Below the pieces are notes generated by a model. It ran no database searches. It was given only the letters and a program-made list of their open reading frames with translations, and was not told where the DNA came from. A stretch of DNA of 64,000 nt from Promethearchaeota archaeon Loki_b31 (GTDB lineage: Archaea; Asgardarchaeota; Lokiarchaeia; Sigyniarchaeales; SOKP01): positions 32,001 through 96,000 of the forward strand of contig NJBI01000001.1 of NCBI GenBank assembly GCA_005222975.1, in the 5' to 3' direction. Of the stretch, positions 19,960 through 29,455 are shown in pieces. Position 1 is the first letter of the stretch; the number at the start of each line of letters is the position of its first letter. A program made the translations under genes and the position numbers.

Positions 19960-21396
19960 TTACAAATTCCTTGAAGTAATAGATTTTAATTCATTAGAAA
20001 GTGTGTCATCAATAGGTTTTAAAGAAATTTTCTCAGCGAGTTTAGTCGCTTGCTCCTTTGCTCTTTTTCGTGCAGACTTAGAGCCATTCTCTTTCCAAGC
20101 GTCCCGAGACATGCGATCTATTACCGGACTAACTATAAAAAGCTCCTTTCTAAAAAGCTTTAAAGTCGTTGGATGCGAAAGTAATTCCTCTTTTTCATTG
20201 TAGTCCCTTAAAATTTCAGAAGCGAATGGAGTACCGTGATCTTCTACTCCTCTTAGGAGTCTTTTTACCATTCCTACTATTTCGTTATCAATTACTAATT
20301 TTTCAATGCTTTGAGTGGATTCAAAATCTAACATGCCAGGTCCCGAAATCATATTAATGCCAGCAAGTCCAGCTAAAAGTGCTCCCATACCTCCTTCGAA
20401 TCCTGCTTGAGCATCTGGAACTTTGGAGTCACTAAGACTCATGTAAGCATGAGTGGGCATTTTTAGAAATTTTCCTATCTCGACATCCCCCAAGTTAATC
20501 ATCATTGTTTCAATAGCTCCCATTGGAGTTGTACCTTGCTTCATATCTAATATTGCGGGTGATCCACCCCATATCAAAGGAGCTCCAGTTTTTGCTAACT
20601 GTCCAATTGCAACTCCTGCTAAGCATTCTGCAGAGTGTTGTGTTATTGAACCAATCAAGCTTATTGGAGCGCTAGCTCCTGCTAACGGCATAGACACAAA
20701 CTCAGATGGTATCATACTCTTGGCGGCATCGATAAGTGATTGAGAAGTCAGGTCTGACCACTTCAGCGGGGGACTAGGACAAACATCGAAGATCGCTAAA
20801 GGTTTCCTTGCTAAATCATCTTCTGATAATCGACAACTTAACAATAATTCTCTCATAATTGAAAAACTTTCCTTTCGAAACGTCCCGGTTACAACTGGTT
20901 TATAGCAATTAGATAATGCGATATATAACCTATGCCAATCTTGTGCGTGGTTGGGGACATCTTGATAAACTATAGCAGTGCTTTGAGCTTCGATATACTT
21001 TAAATGTTCTACTACCTTTGAAAAACGTACGAAATCTTTTTCGAACGCGTTTCTAATCGTTCCTGTATTTTCATCTAGATATAAGATCGCTGCTGAGCCA
21101 GGATCGTAATGAACATTATCGTTCGCTAAAGTAATATGCTCTTTTCCCTCTCTATCAAATAATTTAATCTCATCCGGAACAGTTTTGAGACATCTATCTA
21201 CTAAATCAGAAGGAATGAAGTATCGAGAACCCTCGTGATTAACTCCTTCGCTGTTAAATAATTCTTTAGCGTCCTCATTTTCTAAAAATATTCCTAGATT
21301 TTCTAAAATATCTTTAGCCTCATTGAATATCTTTATTTTATGATCCTCATCTAAGACATTAATTCTTGGTCTTAAAATTCCCATCCTAACATACAC
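19960..21396 (-). CDS. MttB-superfamily methylamine/quaternary amine:corrinoid methyltransferase (non-pyrrolysine)
   Basis: SPPLKW, AGASAP, SDSKVPDAQAG and SIEKLVIDNE motifs. The ORF is uninterrupted, with Leu at the site where Pyl is expected. Confidence 0.88.
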   Translation of the reverse strand: MYVRMGILRPRINVLDEDHKIKIFNEAKDILENLGIFLENEDAKELFNSEGVNHEGSRYFIPSDLVDRCLKTVPDEIKLFDREGKEHITLANDNVHYDPGSAAILYLDENTGTIRNAFEKDFVRFSKVVEHLKYIEAQSTAIVYQDVPNHAQDWHRLYIALSNCYKPVVTGTFRKESFSIMRELLLSCRLSEDDLARKPLAIFDVCPSPPLKWSDLTSQSLIDAAKSMIPSEFVSMPLAGASAPISLIGSITQHSAECLAGVAIGQLAKTGAPLIWGGSPAILDMKQGTTPMGAIETMMINLGDVEIGKFLKMPTHAYMSLSDSKVPDAQAGFEGGMGALLAGLAGINMISGPGMLDFESTQSIEKLVIDNEIVGMVKRLLRGVEDHGTPFASEILRDYNEKEELLSHPTTLKLFRKELFIVSPVIDRMSRDAWKENGSKSARKRAKEQATKLAEKISLKPIDDTLSNELKSITSRNL

Positions 21397-21408
21397 GCTC
21401 TCATTTTG

Positions 21409-22296
21409 TTAATTCTCTAGTGAATCTATAAGTTTTCTTATTTCTTTTATAGTTGCTGGAGACGTACCACAGCACCCTCCCACGATTTTGGCACCTATTT
21501 GAATAATTTCGTGAATATCGCTTACGAAATCCTTTATTGGTTGGTCGTAAACGGCTCTATTGTTTTGATCGATTCTTGGTTGACCCGCGTTAGGTTTTGC
21601 CGATATGGGTTTATTAGTAAGCTCTTTTAGTTCTTTTATTAATCCTATCATTTCATCGCTTCCTAATGTACAATTCGCTCCAATCACATCAACATTTCTA
21701 TCCTCTTGTATTCGCACGCACTTTTCTAAAGAATTGCCCATAATGGTAAAAAAACCCCTTTTTGTTTTTTTGTATGTCATTGAGCTTATAATGGGTTTTT
21801 TTGAAATCTCTCTTATCGCTTTTATCGCAGCTTCCATTTCTTCAATGTCTGAGATAGTCTCGATATGCCAGAGATCTACTCCTTGTTCTAAAAATTTTAC
21901 CTGTTTTACATAACTGGAAACCCATTGTTCGGCGGTTGCTTTTCCTACTGGAGGTTTAAATACACCAGATGGGCCAATATCGCCTACAATTAAACGATTG
22001 GGAGGGCAAGCTCTTTTTATATTTTTTAAGGCGCTCTCATTTAACTCTTTAATTTGGCTTTCAATTTTATAGCCTTGCAAATTTAAAAAGCTAGATCCAA
22101 AAGTACTTGTTTGGCACATATCTGCGCCTGCGTCGTAATAAGATTTATGTATCTCAAAAATTAAATCTGGTTGTTCGATATTAAGGGTATCGGGAAGTCT
22201 TCCTGGCGTGATTCCATGTTTAAATATCTCTGACCCCATTCCTCCGTCAAATAATATGATTTTCGAACCATTTTTTAACCAATCGTGGAATAACAT
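21409..22296 (-). CDS. Homocysteine S-methyltransferase domain protein (stand-alone MetH N-terminal domain)
   Basis: DGGMGS, AGAD, GANC, PNAG and GGCCGT zinc ligands. Confidence 0.9.
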   Translation of the reverse strand: MLFHDWLKNGSKIILFDGGMGSEIFKHGITPGRLPDTLNIEQPDLIFEIHKSYYDAGADMCQTSTFGSSFLNLQGYKIESQIKELNESALKNIKRACPPNRLIVGDIGPSGVFKPPVGKATAEQWVSSYVKQVKFLEQGVDLWHIETISDIEEMEAAIKAIREISKKPIISSMTYKKTKRGFFTIMGNSLEKCVRIQEDRNVDVIGANCTLGSDEMIGLIKELKELTNKPISAKPNAGQPRIDQNNRAVYDQPIKDFVSDIHEIIQIGAKIVGGCCGTSPATIKEIRKLIDSLEN

Positions 22297-22322
22297 AGCA
22301 ATTTACCTCAAATAAGCGTTTT

Positions 22323-22970
22323 TTAAATTTTTAAAAGGTTCTTGACTAGATTAACAGCTTCTACGGCGCTACCAGCAAATCCATCTGCTTTGCACTCATC
22401 TACCCACGCGTTAGAAACTGGAGCACCCCCAAGTATAACTTTGAATTTGTCTCGGATGCCTTTAGATTCGAGTATTTCTATTATCTTTTTTTGGCCGATC
22501 ATAGTTGTAGTCAATAGAGCAGAAACTCCAATGATATCTGCATTCTTTTCAACAGCAATTTCGATAATTCTTTCAGCTGGAACGTCAGCGCCTAGATCAT
22601 AAACTTCAAAACCGTTGGCACTCAACATTGTAGCGACAATTGTTTTACCTATTGAGTGAATGTCTCCTTCTATTGTTGCAATTACCACTTTTCCATTCGA
22701 GATTCTATCTCTCTCTGTTTCTATATGTGGAAAAAGAATCTGCATAGACTCTTGCATAATAGTCCCACCAAGCATTAATTCCGGCAGAAAAAATTCTCCT
22801 TCGTCCCATAAAGCCCCTATTTTACGGATCCCCGCTCCAAAACCTTTCTCTATTACTTCAAGAAGATTCATATTTTCTTGAATTGCTTTATTGGCCAATT
22901 CAATAGTTTTTTCTTTATCAAGACTTACGATTGCTTCAGATATTTCTTCATAAAATTTATCATTAGACAC
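22323..22970 (-). CDS. Corrinoid (B12-binding) protein, MttC/MtaC-like
   Basis: FLPELM cap, GDIHSIGK, SALLTTT and GGAP motifs. Confidence 0.92.
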   Translation of the reverse strand: MSNDKFYEEISEAIVSLDKEKTIELANKAIQENMNLLEVIEKGFGAGIRKIGALWDEGEFFLPELMLGGTIMQESMQILFPHIETERDRISNGKVVIATIEGDIHSIGKTIVATMLSANGFEVYDLGADVPAERIIEIAVEKNADIIGVSALLTTTMIGQKKIIEILESKGIRDKFKVILGGAPVSNAWVDECKADGFAGSAVEAVNLVKNLLKI

Positions 22971-23146
22971 AAAAATCTCATCTAAAAACTTAATTAGTTA
23001 TAATTGTAAAAATATCATGGTTAATTAATTAAAATATCGAAAAACTATTTGTATGAAACGAGGATTTGTTCAAAAAACAGATAGAAAATCCTAAAAATAA
23101 AAATAAGAAAAAAGAAATTTTTTTTTAATGATTCAATTAATTCAGT

Positions 23147-23854
23147 TTATGTAGGAGGGTTATTAAGTAAAAGCCAGACTACTATGATAATCGGTATAAT
23201 AATGATTGCTAATAAACTAATTAAATAAACCTTTATTAATTTTTTAGCTCGCTTGCTAAATTCTGGCGTTATTTCTTCTCGTAACCGATCTTTATTAATG
23301 TTTGTATTAGATGCTAAAAAATCATTTAGCCTTTTAGCGTACTTAATTGTATTAGATTCCTCTTTTGGGCCAGTTATGTACATCGGATTTTTTGTACGAA
23401 AATTCAAACCTAAACACTCCCATTCAACGCTTCCATACTTTCCTCGGCTTCTTAAGCGTTTAAAAACATCAAAACGGTCTATATCCTCTAATTTGAACTT
23501 TTTGTGCTTAACCCGCATATACGACCAATAAGCTTCGTAAATTAAGAGATTTTGTTGAGCGTCAATTTTAAAAACGATTAAAGCCGTTCTTTGTAGCCAT
23601 CCTGTGATAAGGGTACTAAAAACTAATGTACCTAAAAAAATGTGTGTCCAAAATAGGGCAATATCAGTGAGCTCAGTCCCAATATTATTTCTATTTTTTT
23701 CCCAAATAAATATCATAAAAACCCATAAGATTGCAAATGCTCCAGAACCGATTAAAAGTCTATACCACCAAGTTTTTACAAAGAGTTTGATTCTTGGTAA
23801 ATTATCTTTTCCTACAGTTTCATCGTACTCTTTCGTTGAACTATTATCATCCAT
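23147..23854 (-). CDS. Hypothetical membrane protein (2 N-terminal TM, beta-rich soluble domain, C-terminal TM)
   Basis: Hydrophobicity pattern only. Confidence 0.6.
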   Translation of the reverse strand: MDDNSSTKEYDETVGKDNLPRIKLFVKTWWYRLLIGSGAFAILWVFMIFIWEKNRNNIGTELTDIALFWTHIFLGTLVFSTLITGWLQRTALIVFKIDAQQNLLIYEAYWSYMRVKHKKFKLEDIDRFDVFKRLRSRGKYGSVEWECLGLNFRTKNPMYITGPKEESNTIKYAKRLNDFLASNTNINKDRLREEITPEFSKRAKKLIKVYLISLLAIIIIPIIIVVWLLLNNPPT

Positions 23855-24141
23855 CGATATCAGTATCTTTATATAGTTTTAAATTAAAATTTCGCGTTAT
23901 AATTGAAATAATCAATTATATTGTTTTAATTATCAAGAGTATATATATTTTACTCGCCCACATTCTTCCCAATTTCAGAAATTAAAAGAAAAAATACACT
24001 TGGAGAATAAAAGGAAAAAGTACGCTGAATTATTATTCCATTATTATTAGGTTTTTTAAGAAATAAAAATATAAATTCTTACAATATATAAATTTTAAAA
24101 CTTAATTATCAAATAATTTGATATTGTAAAGGTGTTTTATA

Positions 24142-24630
24142 ATGTCTAGAAGATATTACGCAAAAGGTAAGAAGACTTATGCTAAAGACCAGAGTTTTAC
24201 ACAGGACAATGTCGGGGAAGAGAAAGAACGCTTTCTCATCAGTATTGATTTAATGAGCTTAAAAACTTTAAAAGATTACGACATAATGGGGTGGCGTGGC
24301 GAGTTCTATTTCAAAGTGGATGGCCCTAAGGTCTTTAAGGCTAGATTCCCAAATAAGGGAACAATAAAGCTTCAAAGAAATCAAAACTTTACATCTAAAG
24401 CGGATATGAATGTATGGAGTCAGTTCAAAACTGTTAAAGCAGGAAGGGATGCTGTAGAAAGGATTAAAGTAATATTGAGAGAGCAGGACCATTTAAAGAA
24501 GGACTCAACAATCGCAGAAGAAGAATATGAAATAGTTCTTCCTTCCAAAACGCGGTATGTTATTTTACAGGACGATAAAAAACGGACTAAAGCAAAACTA
24601 CGAATTCAGGCTTCAAGAACAAGATATTAA
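24142..24630 (+). CDS. Hypothetical basic beta-sandwich protein, possibly C2-like
   Basis: Alternating beta strands with DYDIMG..GEFYFKV and ILREQD..KD acidic loops; AGGTG upstream. Confidence 0.5.
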   Translation: MSRRYYAKGKKTYAKDQSFTQDNVGEEKERFLISIDLMSLKTLKDYDIMGWRGEFYFKVDGPKVFKARFPNKGTIKLQRNQNFTSKADMNVWSQFKTVKAGRDAVERIKVILREQDHLKKDSTIAEEEYEIVLPSKTRYVILQDDKKRTKAKLRIQASRTRY

Positions 24631-24773
24631 ACAAAAAATATTTTTTTATTCTATTTTTCATTACAGCTTTTATTTAAAACAATTTATTTCTTTTTTTAAT
24701 TTCATAATTTTTGATGGTTAAGTTAAGGAAAAAATAAAAAAAAAAATAGTGAGTTTAATAGAATTGTACGACG

Positions 24774-26168
24774 CTATAGCTTTTTTTCTTGCGATCTATA
24801 TATAGCAAATGCTCCAATAACAAATGAAATAGCTATTCCAATCTGGACAAAACCCCAAAGCATACCTCCGAATATATCATCTAAAGCTAAAGATATAATT
24901 AAAATCGCTATCTCGAAAACGGCAAGGTAATTTAGAATAGCTAAAAATTTGTTTTCTATTGCTGACGATTTTGTATTTAGTGTGTTCCTCTGTCTATTAA
25001 GCGTTTTCCTGATTCTGGAGATAACATCGTCAGTTTGCTTCGAAAATTTAAATCCATCTAATTTATCTATCATTTCGTTAAACATGCTCGTTTTAAAAGT
25101 GCTAGTAAATAATAAGCGACTAATTTTGGAGATTATTATATCTTTATTTAATTCAAGAATTATTCTGTTGAGTTCTGTTTCTAATTTTTCTAATCTATCG
25201 ATTTTATCCATCAAAGTTAGGCTTTCTTCTTTAGCTCTAGTTTCTGAGATGACTTTATCGAATTTATCTGCTACAATTAGTATGTTTTCCATATGCATGA
25301 GGATTAAAAACCTTTGAACATTGCCAACTTCTGGACCATAAAGCGTATCGATAAGTAAGTTTTTCATAGAATTTGGATCCATAAGACCTGGTCCCGGGAT
25401 TATTACATTTCCCGCGTGAGTAATCATCACGAATTCGTCTAAATATGGAGATAAGTTTTTAAGGTTAATTTGATCTCGATACGCCACAGGATCTAGTTCT
25501 CGATATTTATCCGTTCTTAAAGTAAGCCCTATTGAATATCGCGCATTCTTACCAATATTATTTCCAATAAAGCGATAATCCACTCTGTTAAAGTCGGGTT
25601 TTGCGTCCCAAATAAGCCAAGTATGGTGCCACGGTTCTAGCGAAGATTCTAATTTTGCTTTTTCTGGAAAATTTCCTTTTTTTAATAACATTGTAATATT
25701 TTCTCTTATTTCTACGAATTTTTCTGTAATAGGTCTTCCGGTGCTTTCCAGAATCATGTTTGAGGGTTGGGATATTTCTATAAAATCCTCAATCTTGTGG
25801 TAATTATCGAACAATAATTCGCAATGGATTACTAAAACTGAACCATAATGAATGTGCCCTTCCAATCTAATTTTTCCAAACATGTGTGGTACTGTAGCGC
25901 AAGAAAATCTATCCGACCTGCCGATCTTAAAGCAAACGGGGGCAAAGTTCACAGATTGACTTGAAATCCACTTTAATGGTTGGCTACACTTTTTTGCTTG
26001 TCCGGGAACTTCGATTTTACATCGATAATCTTTATATAGTTTGAGAGAGCCTTCTTTTTCTAAATACTTTCTTACTTCTGGTAACTCAAAATATAGTCCT
26101 AACTCATAAAATTTCCAAAAAACTAGAGTAACTTTAAAAATATACTCTTCTTCAGTTGAGATTGTCAT
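24774..26168 (-). CDS. Hypothetical protein with long helical stalk and two C-terminal TM helices (CorA-like architecture)
   Basis: Alpha/beta N-terminal region, coiled coils and two terminal hydrophobic helices; no GMN motif. Confidence 0.55.
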   Translation of the reverse strand: MTISTEEEYIFKVTLVFWKFYELGLYFELPEVRKYLEKEGSLKLYKDYRCKIEVPGQAKKCSQPLKWISSQSVNFAPVCFKIGRSDRFSCATVPHMFGKIRLEGHIHYGSVLVIHCELLFDNYHKIEDFIEISQPSNMILESTGRPITEKFVEIRENITMLLKKGNFPEKAKLESSLEPWHHTWLIWDAKPDFNRVDYRFIGNNIGKNARYSIGLTLRTDKYRELDPVAYRDQINLKNLSPYLDEFVMITHAGNVIIPGPGLMDPNSMKNLLIDTLYGPEVGNVQRFLILMHMENILIVADKFDKVISETRAKEESLTLMDKIDRLEKLETELNRIILELNKDIIISKISRLLFTSTFKTSMFNEMIDKLDGFKFSKQTDDVISRIRKTLNRQRNTLNTKSSAIENKFLAILNYLAVFEIAILIISLALDDIFGGMLWGFVQIGIAISFVIGAFAIYRSQEKKL

Positions 26169-26288
26169 ATTTATTTCCTTGAAAAGTTTTATCTAATCTA
26201 AATATATTATAAATTTAAAATATTCTTCTATTTGGATGATCATTACAAACATTTATTATACTTTTATGTAAATTATGGTGAGTTATGA

Positions 26289-26909
26289 ATGGTTAATAAA
26301 GAAGCAAACTCAAAAAAATTGGAAATAATAGTTCAAATCGCAAGTTTAAGAGATTCTCCAGGGATTCATAACGCACTTAAGCAAAACTTAATTGAAATAC
26401 TCGATTTTGACGAGATTCCAGACGAACAAAGAAAAGAATTAGAAGATCAAGGCTTCCTGAGAAAAGAAGTTGACGAAGATTTTTACACCCAACTTATTCA
26501 AGATGTTAACAAGAAGGTTTATGTTGCAAAAAATAAACGAGGAGATGTCATTGGTTTCGCAAGCATATATAATAACGAGAATAACATAAAAACGATTAGG
26601 AAAACTTTGCAAAATCTCCATATTAAAGATAAAGAAATTTTAGATTTGCTCGTTAACGAAAAAAGAAAATTCGCTTATTTGGACCAAATTAGCATCGTAC
26701 CTGAATTTAAACGCAAAGGCGTTGGGACGGCCATTCTGGAGAAAGCGTTGGTTGAAATGAACATTCCTTTAGTTGCGTTCATAGTAAAACTACCTTTAAT
26801 GAATAAAGCGTCCGCTCTATGGCACGAGTATGTTGGTTTTGAACTTGTAGGTACTGGAGATGGTGATTATAAAGGGAAAAAGTTTGAATGGTTGATATAT
26901 ATTAAATAG
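26289..26909 (+). CDS. GNAT family N-acetyltransferase
   Basis: QISIVPEFKRKGVGT acetyl-CoA motif and N-x-A-S...GF. Confidence 0.85.
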   Translation: MVNKEANSKKLEIIVQIASLRDSPGIHNALKQNLIEILDFDEIPDEQRKELEDQGFLRKEVDEDFYTQLIQDVNKKVYVAKNKRGDVIGFASIYNNENNIKTIRKTLQNLHIKDKEILDLLVNEKRKFAYLDQISIVPEFKRKGVGTAILEKALVEMNIPLVAFIVKLPLMNKASALWHEYVGFELVGTGDGDYKGKKFEWLIYIK

Positions 26910-27054
26910 GTTAACAAAAATTAGTTCAAATAAAATTTAAAATGAAAAAATTAGAATTATGAGAATTCTAAACAATTTTTCCAACTTAAAACTTTTCTTC
27001 TCTAATATTTTATATATTTTGGACGGGCTATTCTTTCTTGTTTATACATTTAGT

Positions 27055-27318
27055 TTACTCGTCCTGATTTTCTGTGTTAAACTCAAGATTTAAACTTTCG
27101 GCAAGTTTAAACCCTACTTCAAAGAAGTTCTTCATCGATTTATAGAAGATATCTCCTATAATATCGCCTAATTCTGCATTAGGTTCAGACGATGTCTCAA
27201 TTTTTCCAGGGATATTTAATTCTTTTATAAGATCCTCTTTTCTTTGCTCTAATTCTTCGCTTAAACTGTTTAAATTTATTTGAAAATCGTTCAGTTCTGA
27301 ACTTTGGCTCTTTTCCAT
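27055..27318 (-). CDS. Small acidic helical hypothetical protein (last gene of the lipid cluster)
   Basis: 87 aa ORF with GAGGT upstream, 27 bp from the previous gene. Confidence 0.65.
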   Translation of the reverse strand: MEKSQSSELNDFQINLNSLSEELEQRKEDLIKELNIPGKIETSSEPNAELGDIIGDIFYKSMKNFFEVGFKLAESLNLEFNTENQDE

Positions 27319-27345
27319 AATAAAACCTCATTTTTATGTTTAATT

Positions 27346-28041
27346 TTATGCTTCTTCAATATCGGGTTGTGGTTTAAGGGAATCAATAATTCTTAATATA
27401 TCCTCAGCGAGTTCATATCTCTCATCTCGATATTTTGGTCGAGATAATCGATTTTCTACCTTAAGCGGGGCCCCGATTTTTACTCTTAACCCCTGTGATT
27501 TAAACATACCTAAAATTTTCGCGTTTTCCGTGTATATTGCTATGGGGATTATAGGAGCCTTTCCAGCAACCGCAAATTTAATGATTCCCGCCATTGCTTT
27601 CACTTGAATTTCGGGGGTAAGTTTTGATTCTGGCGTCATGGCTACAAGATCCCCAACTTCGTTAAGATAGTGGAACACCTTATCTATAGGCACGGTATCG
27701 TCCTTATCGAGAGTACTGCGAAACATGCCTAACGACTTAAGAACGGGACCGTACATTTGATTCTTCATTAGTTTATGATGAACCATAAAATGAATTCTTC
27801 GTCCTGAAACTTGACTTATAATCGCCATGTCTCTTAACGCGTTGTCGCTTATCGTCGTTAATATCGCTTTTCCTATAGTAGGTATGTTTTCCCTTCCCTC
27901 AATTTTTAAGTCTGCGAATGCCGTTAAACCAAAGTTTCCTAAACCTTTGGTAACTGCGTAGAAAATATCTTGCATAAGATCCTTACTAAGCATCTTATCT
28001 TTTCCTTTCGTTTCGTTCTCCTCGGAAGATGTTTCAACCAT
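27346..28041 (-). CDS. PlsC/LPLAT-fold protein lacking the catalytic His
   Basis: IEGRENIP, IHFMV, AMTPES and APIIPIAI blocks; block I reads ISDNALRD instead of NHxSxxD. Confidence 0.8.
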   Translation of the reverse strand: MVETSSEENETKGKDKMLSKDLMQDIFYAVTKGLGNFGLTAFADLKIEGRENIPTIGKAILTTISDNALRDMAIISQVSGRRIHFMVHHKLMKNQMYGPVLKSLGMFRSTLDKDDTVPIDKVFHYLNEVGDLVAMTPESKLTPEIQVKAMAGIIKFAVAGKAPIIPIAIYTENAKILGMFKSQGLRVKIGAPLKVENRLSRPKYRDERYELAEDILRIIDSLKPQPDIEEA

Positions 28042-28055
28042 CTTTTTTCCCTCGT

Positions 28056-28250
28056 TTATAGTTTGTCTATGAAATTATTAACTTCCTCCATCCGTCTCTC
28101 GTAATATTCCTTTAACTCTTTTTCGGAAACAAATGAAGGGATTACTTTTTCTAAATAAATATCAAATATTGTCGATAATTTTGTTTTATGCTGCAAGGAC
28201 TCGAGAAATTCTCCGCCCAAGTCCTTTAATTGCTTAAAAAATTCTGTCAT
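28056..28250 (-). CDS. Small amphipathic helical hypothetical protein
   Basis: 64 aa ORF, 14 bp upstream of the PlsC-like gene. Confidence 0.6.
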   Translation of the reverse strand: MTEFFKQLKDLGGEFLESLQHKTKLSTIFDIYLEKVIPSFVSEKELKEYYERRMEEVNNFIDKL

Positions 28251-28411
28251 TTTGCTTCTCTTTTATTAAAAATTGGACAATATTTTAATAACTTTAGTAG
28301 ATATGTTTTTTCTTATTTTAATCAAATATTCGTTTATCTAATTTAAAGGTTGTAAATCCAATAATAGTTTGAAAAGTATGATATCAAAAGATTATAATAT
28401 TAAACTCGAAA

Positions 28412-29437
28412 TTAATCTACTTGATCCCATTTACCACAACGAGAGCCCCAGCGCGCTATAATTTTATTTCCCTCTTGAGGCATCTTTACTTGGACTATTT
28501 CGCAATTATTGGGACAGTCTCCGCAATTAAACGCTGAGGTTGTGAATTCAATTTCTGATACTTCGAGTCCTCGAAATACAGTTTGATGTTCGTGCTCTAA
28601 ATAGAAATCTCTAACTAAAATTGCCATTCCTAAAGCCCCCATTAGGACGTTATATTTAGGAACAATTACTTTGCAACCTAAATGTCTTTCAAATGCTTCA
28701 ATGATCCCTTCGTTGTAAGAAACGCCACCTTGGAACACAATGGGTTCTTCTAAGTCTTTACCCTTGCCTACATTATTCATATAATTGCGAACAAGAGAAT
28801 CGCATAAGCCTGCAATAATATCCTCCTTGGTGTAACCCGCGTTTTGCTTGTGAATCATATCGGATTCTGCGAATACAGTGCATCTTCCCGCAATACTCAC
28901 AGGATTTTTTGATTTTATAGCGTAAGCGCCAAACTCCTCTATAACAATCCCAAGCCTCGCTGCTTGATGATCGAGAAAGGAACCCGTTCCCGCAGCGCAT
29001 ACAGAATTCATCGCAAAATCTACAATTATTCCGTCCCGTAGAATGATAATTTTCGAATCTTGACCGCCAATTTCTAATATCGTTCTTACATCGGGATAGA
29101 TAGTCTGTGCCGCAACAGCGTGGGCAATTATCTCAGTTTTAGCGAGATCTGCACCAACGATTGCTTTTGTCAAATACCGTGCTGAACCTGTGGTACCACA
29201 ACAACGTATCGCGTATTCGCCTAAATTTTCGCTTTGTTCTATGTTATCGCGTAACTCTGCCATTCCTGCCTTGGCTGAGTCGATGGGAGAACCTCTATTT
29301 CGTAAAAATACGCTAGTAAGTAAATTTCCATCTGTATCCATTAGAACAAATTTGCAACTCACGCTTCCTATGTCAATACCAAGGAAAGCATCTTTTGTTT
29401 TTCCCTCTTTAACAACTTTTTCCTTAACTTCTACCAT
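28412..29437 (-). CDS. ATP-dependent [4Fe-4S] activator (BcrAD/BadFG/HgdC, ASKHA) with C-terminal Cys-rich extension
   Basis: GIDIGSVS, TGSAR, EIIAH, EIGGQDSK, CAAGTGSFL, RCTVFAES and QGGV motifs; tail CGDCPNNC...RCGKW. Confidence 0.92.
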   Translation of the reverse strand: MVEVKEKVVKEGKTKDAFLGIDIGSVSCKFVLMDTDGNLLTSVFLRNRGSPIDSAKAGMAELRDNIEQSENLGEYAIRCCGTTGSARYLTKAIVGADLAKTEIIAHAVAAQTIYPDVRTILEIGGQDSKIIILRDGIIVDFAMNSVCAAGTGSFLDHQAARLGIVIEEFGAYAIKSKNPVSIAGRCTVFAESDMIHKQNAGYTKEDIIAGLCDSLVRNYMNNVGKGKDLEEPIVFQGGVSYNEGIIEAFERHLGCKVIVPKYNVLMGALGMAILVRDFYLEHEHQTVFRGLEVSEIEFTTSAFNCGDCPNNCEIVQVKMPQEGNKIIARWGSRCGKWDQVD

Positions 29438-29455
29438 ATAATCTCACCTTTATCA

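Noticed and set aside
19960-21396. Pyrrolysine-containing trimethylamine methyltransferase
   Set aside because: No in-frame TAG is present; the equivalent position is Leu, and no pyl genes occur in the window.
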